Assembly (NCBI GenBank): GCA_045641345.1 | Contig: JAZUGR010000031.1 | Span: 1,789-65,788, forward strand | Direction of reading: 5' to 3' | From: Bacteroidales bacterium | GTDB lineage: Bacteria > Bacteroidota > Bacteroidia > Bacteroidales > UBA932 | DNA length: 64,000 nucleotides | Shown: in pieces, positions 36,737-44,798 of the stretch | Numbering within the stretch: the first letter of the stretch is position 1 | Layout: the number at the start of each line of letters is the position of its first letter | The notes under the pieces: generated by a model | Databases searched by the model: none | What the model was told of the DNA's origin: nothing | What the model saw: the letters and a program-made list of their open reading frames with translations, nothing else | Program-made: the position numbers and the translations under genes

Positions 36737-38260
36737 ATGAAACGGATCCTTTTCTTCGCCTTTATTCTATTCTTCTGCCAGACGGCCTATTGCACCGAAG
36801 AAACAAGTTTCGCGTCTGAAATCGACAAGTGTGCCGCCAAAGTCCGCAATGACTGGAATATCCCGGGATTCAGCCTCACGGTAATGCACGAAGGGAAGAC
36901 AGTCCTCTCCAAGGGATATGGCGTAAAGACCAAGGGGGGATCCGCTCCGGTTGACGGGGCCACCGTGTATCAGATCGGATCTGTATCCAAGTCCTTCACC
37001 GCCGCCCTGATGGCCATGATGGTGGACGAAGGCAAAGTGAGGTGGGACGACCGCGTCAAGGACATTCTGCCGGATTTCGAGCTTTACGACAAGGCCGTGG
37101 AGAACGACCTCCGCGTATCCGATATAATGACACACCGGATGGGATTCCGCAGCCAGGCTCTCACATATGCTCCCAATGTCGGATACGACACCGACGACGT
37201 TTACCGGATGCTGTCACTCCTCAAACCGGAATATCCTTTCCGCGACGGGATGCACTACAACAATATGACGTTCATAATCGCTCAGAAAATCATAGAAAAG
37301 GTGAGCGGCCTTTCGTGGGAGGATAACCTCAACTGCCGCATTTTCGCACCTCTGGGTATGGGGTCCGCCTCCTGTGGAGGACCCGGATTCGAATCGGCGG
37401 AGAATGTGGCATCCCCCCACAACATGTATTCGGTAAAGGACTCCATCCGATGCTCGCCAATCAGGGGCGAGGGGCGCGCCCTCCACTGGCTTTCGGTGGT
37501 GGGACCCGCCGGTGGCATCAACTGCAGCTCGAAAGACCTTGCCAGATGGGCGCAGTTCCATCTTGATGACGGAGTGGCGGCAGGTCGCCGCCTGATATCC
37601 TCCAACCAGATGGGATACCTCCACAGCGGAGTGGCAATTTCGGCCATAACAGACGAAAAAATAACAATCTACGGCCATTGCTGGTACATCGAACAGACCG
37701 AAAGCTGTCGCATATACTATCACACCGGCACCACCTGGGGGCAGGCGGCGCTGTGTGTCTGGGTCCCCTCGCTGAACCTGAGCTTTGCAATGCTTTTTGG
37801 CTCGGACGTGCCGTCCAATCCGCGCTTCGCCCTGATGAGGAGCATCGTCGACATTTACAGCGGGGCGCCGAAGAGGGACTACAGCAAGGAAGAAAAAAAC
37901 AAATGGCTGCACCGCAGGGGCGGCTCCTCCGGAAAATCAGGATTCACGTACCAGTACGGTTCCGCGGTACATCCCGCGAAGGACATTTGCGGAAAATACA
38001 CCAAGGAAGCCCCTTTCGGGGATGCTGAAATCTCCACAAAGAACGGCAGACTCTACATAACGATAGGGAGATATGGCTGGCGACATCCCCTGTCGCACCT
38101 GAAGGGCAACACATATTTCTTCTATTCCGACGGACACCGCTTCCCGGTCCGTTTCAAATTCTCTGCCGGAGGCGGTGCCGAAGGATTTGAACTCGACTGG
38201 GGCTACGGAGAGAAATTCGGACCATGGAAAAGGAAAAATTTGTTACCTTCGGCTCCGTAA
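36737..38260 (+). CDS. Exported serine hydrolase, beta-lactamase fold (peptidase S12 / class C-related) with extra C-terminal domain
   Basis: 507 aa with a signal peptide. SxxK = SVSKSF, YxN = YNN (GMHYNNMTF), HTG = YYHTGTTWG. The C-terminal ~110 aa is a beta domain (GRLYITIGRYGW...FELDWGYGEKFGPWKR). Confidence 0.8.
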   Translation: MKRILFFAFILFFCQTAYCTEETSFASEIDKCAAKVRNDWNIPGFSLTVMHEGKTVLSKGYGVKTKGGSAPVDGATVYQIGSVSKSFTAALMAMMVDEGKVRWDDRVKDILPDFELYDKAVENDLRVSDIMTHRMGFRSQALTYAPNVGYDTDDVYRMLSLLKPEYPFRDGMHYNNMTFIIAQKIIEKVSGLSWEDNLNCRIFAPLGMGSASCGGPGFESAENVASPHNMYSVKDSIRCSPIRGEGRALHWLSVVGPAGGINCSSKDLARWAQFHLDDGVAAGRRLISSNQMGYLHSGVAISAITDEKITIYGHCWYIEQTESCRIYYHTGTTWGQAALCVWVPSLNLSFAMLFGSDVPSNPRFALMRSIVDIYSGAPKRDYSKEEKNKWLHRRGGSSGKSGFTYQYGSAVHPAKDICGKYTKEAPFGDAEISTKNGRLYITIGRYGWRHPLSHLKGNTYFFYSDGHRFPVRFKFSAGGGAEGFELDWGYGEKFGPWKRKNLLPSAP

Positions 38261-38283
38261 ATGATTTGTAAAAACTTTCGATA

Positions 38284-39627
38284 ATGAAAAAACCGATCGC
38301 TCTCGCTTTTGCCGCTGTTGTGGCCCTCCTTATGCAGGATTCCGCTTCGGCGCAGTATTACAAGGACCTTTTCATGGACGGTGGCATCAATATCACCTCC
38401 CGCAAGGACCTTCCCGCCGCCCGCTATCTGGGCATCTCGTGGGAAGCCTATTATTCGGCCGACACCAAGAACCTTTCAATGAAGGACACCGTCGAACAGA
38501 CCGAAAAAATGGTAACTTCCCCCGTGGATTACAACGGCTGCCTGCTCTACCCCGACGGAGCGCCCCGTTTCCGCGTACTTTATGAAAATGGAGGAAAGGC
38601 CGGCAAGCACGGACAGTCACTTACCGAAACCGGTCGGAAGCATATCCGCGACTTCGTCGCTGCCGGCGGCAGCTACATAGGAACCTGCGCAGGCGCATTC
38701 GTGTCGTCGATTGCCGACACCAAGTACAGTTCCAAGCTCGGAAAGTGCATATCGGCCGACAACGACAGGGTCCGTGAGGAATATTTCGCCATCTATCCTG
38801 CCAAGACCCTCTCGACCTGCAAGCTCACAAAGGACCATTGGAAGAGAACCGTTACTACCGGAATGAAAGTGGAGCCCGGATGCCCCCTGCTGAAATATTA
38901 CGATTTCGGCGGTGATATGTATATCGACAGCGTACGCCACAACGGAGGATGCTTCATCACCACCGATCCGATGCATTTCGCCCCGGGCACGGAAATCCTC
39001 CTGCGTTACGACTTCGACAAGGACGACGTCCGCAAGAAAGAGGGGATCTTCCCCATCTCGGGCCATATCAGCACCTGGGCCTATAAGGCAGACGAAAAGA
39101 GCGGACGCATAGTGGACTGCGGCTCGCATCCCGAAGGTGTGACCTCGGGTGAGCGGCTGCAGTTGTTCGCATCCTTCATCCTGTATGCTATGGACGGCAA
39201 CGGCACCCCTTCGGTCAAAGGTGAGCTCGAAAAAGGCCTTGTGCGCGAGATGGACAAGAAAACCGAAGACGCCGACCCCGCATTCACAAGAATCGGCGAC
39301 AGGCAGTATCACCACTTCATCGTCAATATCCCCGAAGGTGCAAAGGATATCACGGTGACCCTCAAGAGCGACAGCAAGGACGTTGACCTCAACCTTATGA
39401 TGAAAAAAGGAGACTTTGCATTCAGGAACGTATCGACTTATAACGACGTGACTCTCGGCGGCAGCAAGAAACTCAAATTCGACACCATCGAAGCCGGGAC
39501 CTGGTACATAGCTGTGGAATGCGCCACAACCGTCACCGAAGTTCCCACCGATTACGGCGTGAAGTACATCGGCAACCTCGAGGTGCTCAACGGAATCCCC
39601 TATTCCATCAAGGTGGACTGGAAATAG
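38284..39627 (+). CDS. Exported class-I glutamine-amidotransferase-like (Cys-His-Glu) hydrolase with C-terminal PPC domain (short paralog)
   Basis: 447 aa. SPI signal ending ASAQ. YYKDLFMDGGINITSRK, GGSYIGTCAGAF and GRIVDCGSHPEGVTSGER (18 consecutive residues identical to the long paralog). PPC-like GDRQYHHFIVNI...DVDLNLMMKKG...GTWYIAVECA. It starts 23 nt after the preceding gene. Confidence 0.6.
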   Translation: MKKPIALAFAAVVALLMQDSASAQYYKDLFMDGGINITSRKDLPAARYLGISWEAYYSADTKNLSMKDTVEQTEKMVTSPVDYNGCLLYPDGAPRFRVLYENGGKAGKHGQSLTETGRKHIRDFVAAGGSYIGTCAGAFVSSIADTKYSSKLGKCISADNDRVREEYFAIYPAKTLSTCKLTKDHWKRTVTTGMKVEPGCPLLKYYDFGGDMYIDSVRHNGGCFITTDPMHFAPGTEILLRYDFDKDDVRKKEGIFPISGHISTWAYKADEKSGRIVDCGSHPEGVTSGERLQLFASFILYAMDGNGTPSVKGELEKGLVREMDKKTEDADPAFTRIGDRQYHHFIVNIPEGAKDITVTLKSDSKDVDLNLMMKKGDFAFRNVSTYNDVTLGGSKKLKFDTIEAGTWYIAVECATTVTEVPTDYGVKYIGNLEVLNGIPYSIKVDWK

Positions 39628-39646
39628 GCAACCTCCCGGAAAACGG

Positions 39647-39684
39647 ACAAGCGGAGAATCCTCCTGGACTCTCCGCTTGTTTTG
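39647..39684. terminator. Bidirectional rho-independent terminator
   Basis: Perfect 11-bp stem acaagcggaga / tctccgcttgt with a 12-nt loop, followed by tttt. It lies between convergent stops at 39627 and 39703. Confidence 0.65.
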
Positions 39685-39702
39685 CACCTGTCTGGTGAAT
39701 AT

Positions 39703-40911
39703 TTATTTTTCTTTGAGATACTGGTCGTAGAGGAGATTTACAGTCAGATAGTAAATCTTGTAAACCTCGTTTATCTTGTCGAGCTTGGTGCTCGAAGCGA
39801 TACAAACGAACCCCCAGTCCTCGTCAGGGCAGAAGAACATACAGCTCTTGAGACCCTGTGCGCTGCCCGTATGCCCCTTGAGCGTCTTGCCTTCGATGAA
39901 ACGGGTCTCGGTGCGGGTTGTAAGGCAGTATAGCGTTCCTTCATCGGCCGGAGTGACAGGGGTCAGAAGCTTCTTGACGCCTTTTTCGGAGAGAATTCTG
40001 GTGCCGTTGGGAGCCACACCGCCATCACGCAGGGTCATCATCCATTTTGCAAGATTGGGGGCGGAGATCTTCATACCGCCGGTAGGAGACCAGCCGCAGC
40101 CGTCTTCTCCAATCACATAAGTTCCAGCCGCAACTTTCTTTTCGCCGCGGGTCTTGTGCTCGTATGCAGTCTTGGATTTGATGAGCGAATTGCTCTTCTT
40201 GTCGTAATTGTAAAGAGACACGAACTTGCTGTTGTCGAGGGTGTCGACGTTATATCCGGCCTCTTTCTCGGAAAGACCCATCGGACGAAGGATGTGGTTG
40301 AGCACATAATTATCGAAACGCTCACCTGAAACCTTCTCGATTATCACGCCGATTGTGTTGATGGCGCGGTTGCAATATTTGTAGCCCTGCCCCGGAGGAT
40401 ACGGCAGATATGCCTTCTCCTTGATGGTTTTGATATCGGTCTTGCTCTCGTCGATGTATGTGAGGTCGCGGTACATCGCTGCGCCGCCGCCATCCCTCAT
40501 ACTTGAGGTGTGCGAGAGGAGCATCTTTACCGTTATGGGAATATCCGGATAGCGCGGGTTGCGGACATTCATTCCGAGAATGTCGTTGACATCGTCGTCA
40601 AGCGAGATTTTTCCGGCCTCGACAAGCTGCATTATGGAAACACCCGAGAACGACTTGGAAATCGAGGCGATACGGAAGATGTCGTTGATATCCAACGGTA
40701 TCTCCTTCTCAGCATCCTTGTAGCCGAAAGCGTTCTGATAGATGACGTTGTCACCCTTGACCATAACTACGGCAAGACCGTTGGTCATACATTCCTCCAT
40801 ATATCCCTTGATTTTATCTTCAATCTGGGATTGTGAGAGCTTCTGGGCATCGGCATCGGCTCCGCAAAACAGGAGTGCTGCAAATGCGATTAAAAAGAGA
40901 TGTTTTTTCAT
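39703..40911 (-). CDS. Exported serine hydrolase, beta-lactamase fold (peptidase S12-like)
   Basis: Start trimmed to ATG 40911 (MKKHLFLIAFAALLFCGADADAQ). SxxK = SISKSF, YxN = YCN (YKYCNRAIN), HTG = LKGHTGSAQG. Confidence 0.8.
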   Translation of the reverse strand: MKKHLFLIAFAALLFCGADADAQKLSQSQIEDKIKGYMEECMTNGLAVVMVKGDNVIYQNAFGYKDAEKEIPLDINDIFRIASISKSFSGVSIMQLVEAGKISLDDDVNDILGMNVRNPRYPDIPITVKMLLSHTSSMRDGGGAAMYRDLTYIDESKTDIKTIKEKAYLPYPPGQGYKYCNRAINTIGVIIEKVSGERFDNYVLNHILRPMGLSEKEAGYNVDTLDNSKFVSLYNYDKKSNSLIKSKTAYEHKTRGEKKVAAGTYVIGEDGCGWSPTGGMKISAPNLAKWMMTLRDGGVAPNGTRILSEKGVKKLLTPVTPADEGTLYCLTTRTETRFIEGKTLKGHTGSAQGLKSCMFFCPDEDWGFVCIASSTKLDKINEVYKIYYLTVNLLYDQYLKEK

Positions 40912-40924
40912 ATTCGGTAATAAT

Positions 40925-42505
40925 TTAGTTCCGTTTGTCATTTCTTCTCAGCACGTGACCGGCAAGGGCGCCGGTGTAATTGTCGTCTTCAACCGACACG
41001 ACTCCGTTTACAATCACATCCTTGAATCCGGTGCACATCAGACCCGGCTCGGAATAGGTTGCGTTTGCACGGAGTTCTTCCGGCTTGAATACCAGAATGT
41101 CGGCAAACGCCCCCTTGCGGAGCACGCCACGATCTGTCAGACGGTATGTTTCGGCCACAAGGCTTGTGCTCTTGCGTATCATTTCGGCAAGTGATATGAC
41201 CTGCTTTTCAAGAACGTACTTCTGAATCTTTTCGGCGTATGTTCCGGCTGCGCGGGGATGAGAGCCGAACGTACCGTCGGTACAGGTCATCACCCACGGT
41301 TTTTTCATATAATTTACAAGATCCTCCTCGTTGGCCACGAACGTATTGACATACGGCTTGTCATCCGCACAGAGTTTCACCACGGCATCCACGGGGTTCA
41401 AATTCAATTTTTCGGCAGCCTCGGCAAGTGTCATTCCCGAGCAGTCGCCTGCATCCTTGTTGATGAAGATGGTTTCAGCACCGCCTCTCTCATATATCAT
41501 ATCAGGAATTTCGGCCTTGATTCTGGCGAGCGTTGCGGAATCCTTGAACCTTTCGCGCAGCCCCTGCACACCTCCGTCGCGGGCCCACGACGGGGTCAGG
41601 GCCGACGACATCCTCAGCCCGGAGGCAAGATACGGGTACTGGTCGGCGGTGACCTTGAGCCCCTCGGCCTGATATTTCTCTATTATGTTGATAATGCTGT
41701 CGGAGCGGTGCCACACACTCTTGCCAAGACACTTGATATGTGAGATGTTGACCTGCACACCGGCCTGGCGGCCTATTTCAAGAGCTTCCACTATCGAATT
41801 GTAGAGGCCTATGCCATCCTTGTTCTCATTGCGGACGTGGGTTGTATAGATACCTCCTTCCCCTGCCATGGAACGGCAGAGTTCCACCACTTCGCGGCCG
41901 TCGGAAAAACATCCCGGCACATAATAGAGACCCGACGACAACCCGAGGCTTCCCTCCTGCATCTCCTTTGCAAGAAGTGCCTTCATCGCAGCGATTTCCT
42001 CATCGGTTGCAAATCGGTTTTCATCTCCCATAACCTGATGGCGGATGGTGTTATGCCCGGTGAAGCTGGCCACGTTGGGCCCTATGCCCTGCTGCCGGAG
42101 GGTCGCAAAAAACTCTCCGATAGGATAGTGGCTCCCGCCGCACTGCCCTGGAATCATTGACGTAACCCCCATCCTCAAATATGATTCACACGCTTTTTCC
42201 TCAAGCAGTACGTTTTCCTGATGGTTATGAGGGTCTATGAACCCGGGACATACCACATATCCCGTGGCATCGATCGTCTTGTGTGCCCTGCATTTCGATG
42301 CGATATCGGCCCGCGCCTCTCCCATATACACAATCCTCTCGCCTACAACGGCAATATCCGCCACCTGCGGAGAATCGTTGACCCCGTCGTATACGGTTCC
42401 ACCCACGATAAGGATATCGGCCTGCGACGGAATCCCGTTGCAGGAATGGGTGACGGCAGATGCCAAGGCCAGAACCGTCAGAAATAAAATTGTCTTTTTC
42501 ATCAT
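40925..42505 (-). CDS. D-aminoacylase family amidohydrolase (N-acyl-D-amino-acid deacylase-like), exported
   Basis: 526 aa with signal peptide MMKKTILFLTVLALASAVTHSC. N-terminal ADILIVGGTVYDG beta-sandwich start, metal motif PGFIDPHNH, and the ISHIKC and DQYPY blocks typical of D-aminoacylases. Confidence 0.75.
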   Translation of the reverse strand: MMKKTILFLTVLALASAVTHSCNGIPSQADILIVGGTVYDGVNDSPQVADIAVVGERIVYMGEARADIASKCRAHKTIDATGYVVCPGFIDPHNHQENVLLEEKACESYLRMGVTSMIPGQCGGSHYPIGEFFATLRQQGIGPNVASFTGHNTIRHQVMGDENRFATDEEIAAMKALLAKEMQEGSLGLSSGLYYVPGCFSDGREVVELCRSMAGEGGIYTTHVRNENKDGIGLYNSIVEALEIGRQAGVQVNISHIKCLGKSVWHRSDSIINIIEKYQAEGLKVTADQYPYLASGLRMSSALTPSWARDGGVQGLRERFKDSATLARIKAEIPDMIYERGGAETIFINKDAGDCSGMTLAEAAEKLNLNPVDAVVKLCADDKPYVNTFVANEEDLVNYMKKPWVMTCTDGTFGSHPRAAGTYAEKIQKYVLEKQVISLAEMIRKSTSLVAETYRLTDRGVLRKGAFADILVFKPEELRANATYSEPGLMCTGFKDVIVNGVVSVEDDNYTGALAGHVLRRNDKRN

Positions 42506-44052
42506 TGAACTCTTGTTATCTTTTTGAGAATTTCTGTCATATTAACCTTCCCAGCAACGACGTCACGCAACCCGGCAATCGGAATCCTTTCCTGCTCCAT
42601 CGTATCTCTGTAACGGATTGTTACGCAGTTGTCGTTCAAGGTGTCGTGGTCGACGGTTATGCAGAACGGGGTGCCGATCGCATCCTGCCGGCGGTACCGC
42701 TTGCCTATGGAATCCTTTTCATCGTACTGGCAGTTGAATTCGAACCTCAGGCTGTCGAGGATTTCGCGCGCCTTTTCGGGCAGACCGTCCTTCTTGACAA
42801 GAGGAAGGATTGCCAGTTTGACAGGTGCGATGCAGGCGGGCAGGTGCAGTACGGCGCGGGTTTCTCCACCATCGAGCGCCTCCTCCTCGTAGCACGACGA
42901 CAATATCGAAAGGAACATACGGTCAAGACCGATGGAAGTCTCGATGACATAGGGGGTGTAGTTTTCGTTGGTTTCCGGGTCGAAATATTGGATTTTGCGG
43001 CCGCTGAACTTCTGATGCTGCCCCAGGTCGAAATCGGTACGCGAGTGTATTCCCTCCAGTTCCTTGAATCCGAACGGGAACTCGAACTCTATGTCGGTGG
43101 CTGCATTCGCATAGTGCGCAAGTTTCTCGTGGTCGTGGAATCTGTATTTTTCATCGCCCAGGCCGAGGGCCTTGTGCCACGAGAGGCGCGTCTGCTTCCA
43201 CGCATTGAACCATTTCATCTCATCGCCGGGACGCACGAAGAACTGCATCTCCATCTGCTCGAACTCGCGCATACGGAAGATGAACTGGCGCGCCACTATC
43301 TCATTGCGAAAGGCCTTGCCGATCTGCGCGATGCCGAACGGAATCTTCATACGGCCGGTCTTCTGCACGTTCAGGAAATTGACGAAGATACCCTGCGCCG
43401 TTTCGGGCCTCAGGTATATCGTTCCGACGCCACCGTCGACATTGCCCAACTGAGTGCTGAACATAAGGTTGAACTGGCGCACCTCCGTCCAGTTCTTAGT
43501 GCCGGAAATCGGACAAGCTATCTCGCAGTCGATGATTATCTTCCGGAGTTCCTCGAGGTCGTTCCTGCCCAGGGCGTCAGTCATTCTGGCATGGACTTCG
43601 TCATATTTCGCCCTGCTGCGGAGAACGTTGGGGTTGGTGGCAAGGAACTGCTCCTCGTTGAAAGCGTCGCCGAATCTCTTGCGGCCCTTTTCAACCTCTT
43701 TCAGGATTTTATCTTCGATTTTTGCCAGGTAGTCCTCGATCAGCACGTCGGCACGATAGCGTTTCTTGGAATCCTTGTTGTCGATAAGGGGATCGTTGAA
43801 CGCCCCTACGTGCCCCGAAGCCTCCCAGATGCGCGGATGCATGAAGATTGCAGAGTCAATCCCCACTATGTTGTCGTGGAGATGGACCATCGACTCCCAC
43901 CAGTATTTCTTGATGTTGTTCTTCATTTCAACGCCCATCTGGCCATAGTCATACACGGCGCTCAAGCCGTCGTATATTTCGCTCGAAGGGAATATGAATC
44001 CATACTCCTTGGCATGGGCGACCAGATTCTTGAATGTTTCTTCCTGTGTCAT
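42502..44052 (-). CDS. glyQS: Glycine--tRNA ligase (homodimeric type)
   Basis: 516 aa. Class II motifs including IGKAFRNEIVARQFIFRMREFEQME and TSIGLDR. The stop overlaps the start of the downstream D-aminoacylase gene (ATGA). Confidence 0.95.
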   Translation of the reverse strand: MTQEETFKNLVAHAKEYGFIFPSSEIYDGLSAVYDYGQMGVEMKNNIKKYWWESMVHLHDNIVGIDSAIFMHPRIWEASGHVGAFNDPLIDNKDSKKRYRADVLIEDYLAKIEDKILKEVEKGRKRFGDAFNEEQFLATNPNVLRSRAKYDEVHARMTDALGRNDLEELRKIIIDCEIACPISGTKNWTEVRQFNLMFSTQLGNVDGGVGTIYLRPETAQGIFVNFLNVQKTGRMKIPFGIAQIGKAFRNEIVARQFIFRMREFEQMEMQFFVRPGDEMKWFNAWKQTRLSWHKALGLGDEKYRFHDHEKLAHYANAATDIEFEFPFGFKELEGIHSRTDFDLGQHQKFSGRKIQYFDPETNENYTPYVIETSIGLDRMFLSILSSCYEEEALDGGETRAVLHLPACIAPVKLAILPLVKKDGLPEKAREILDSLRFEFNCQYDEKDSIGKRYRRQDAIGTPFCITVDHDTLNDNCVTIRYRDTMEQERIPIAGLRDVVAGKVNMTEILKKITRVQ

Positions 44053-44074
44053 ATTGCAATTCGTTCGTTATTGT

Positions 44075-44380
44075 TCAAAACATATTGAGCGCCACCCTGG
44101 CCTCGTCGCTCATCCTGTCGGGAGTCCACGCGGGCTCGAAAACGAGGTCGACGTTTACGCCGCCTACACCGGCAACGGACATGACGGCATTATAGACCTG
44201 CATCACCACCTCGTCGGCAATCGGGCAGTTGGGTGCGGTGAGTGTCATCTTTATGCCGACCTTGGCATCTTCGCCTATCTGAATGTCGTATACCAGTCCA
44301 AGCTCGTATATATCCACCGGAATCTCCGGATCGAACACCGTCTTGAGTGCGGCTACTATGTCATCCCTGCTTGGCTTCAT
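44075..44380 (-). CDS. sufT: DUF59/SufT-like Fe-S cluster assembly protein
   Basis: 101 aa. VFDPEIPVDIYELGLVY and TLTAPNCPIAD blocks. Confidence 0.8.
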   Translation of the reverse strand: MKPSRDDIVAALKTVFDPEIPVDIYELGLVYDIQIGEDAKVGIKMTLTAPNCPIADEVVMQVYNAVMSVAGVGGVNVDLVFEPAWTPDRMSDEARVALNMF

Positions 44381-44789
44381 ATCCGAGAGCGTATAATTTT
44401 ATCTGTTTTATCATTGCTGCGAGGCCTCCGGCGCGGGTGGGGGACAGGTTTTCCTTCAAGCCTATCCTTTCGATGAAAGAAAAATCAGAAGCGGCCACGT
44501 CGGCAGGCGTCTGCCCGTCGTAAACCCTTATCAATAAAGAAATTATCCCTTTGGTTATTATTGCGTCACTATCAGCCCTGAACCGCAGGAGGCCGTCTTC
44601 CAGACGGCACGACAGCCATACTCTCGACTGGCATCCGGAAATCAGGTTGGCCTCAACCCTGTCGGCCTCGTCGATCATGGGCAGCGACTTGCCGAGATCG
44701 ATTATGTATTCGTACTTGTCGAGCCACTCGTCAAATACCGAAAATTCCTCAACGATCTCCGCCGAAATATCTTCAATGCTCTTTGCCAT
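44361..44789 (-). CDS. sufE: Cysteine desulfuration protein SufE
   Basis: 142 aa. Active-site context ISGCQSRVWL. Confidence 0.85.
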   Translation of the reverse strand: MAKSIEDISAEIVEEFSVFDEWLDKYEYIIDLGKSLPMIDEADRVEANLISGCQSRVWLSCRLEDGLLRFRADSDAIITKGIISLLIRVYDGQTPADVAASDFSFIERIGLKENLSPTRAGGLAAMIKQIKLYALGYEAKQG

Positions 44790-44798
44790 TTCAACTTG

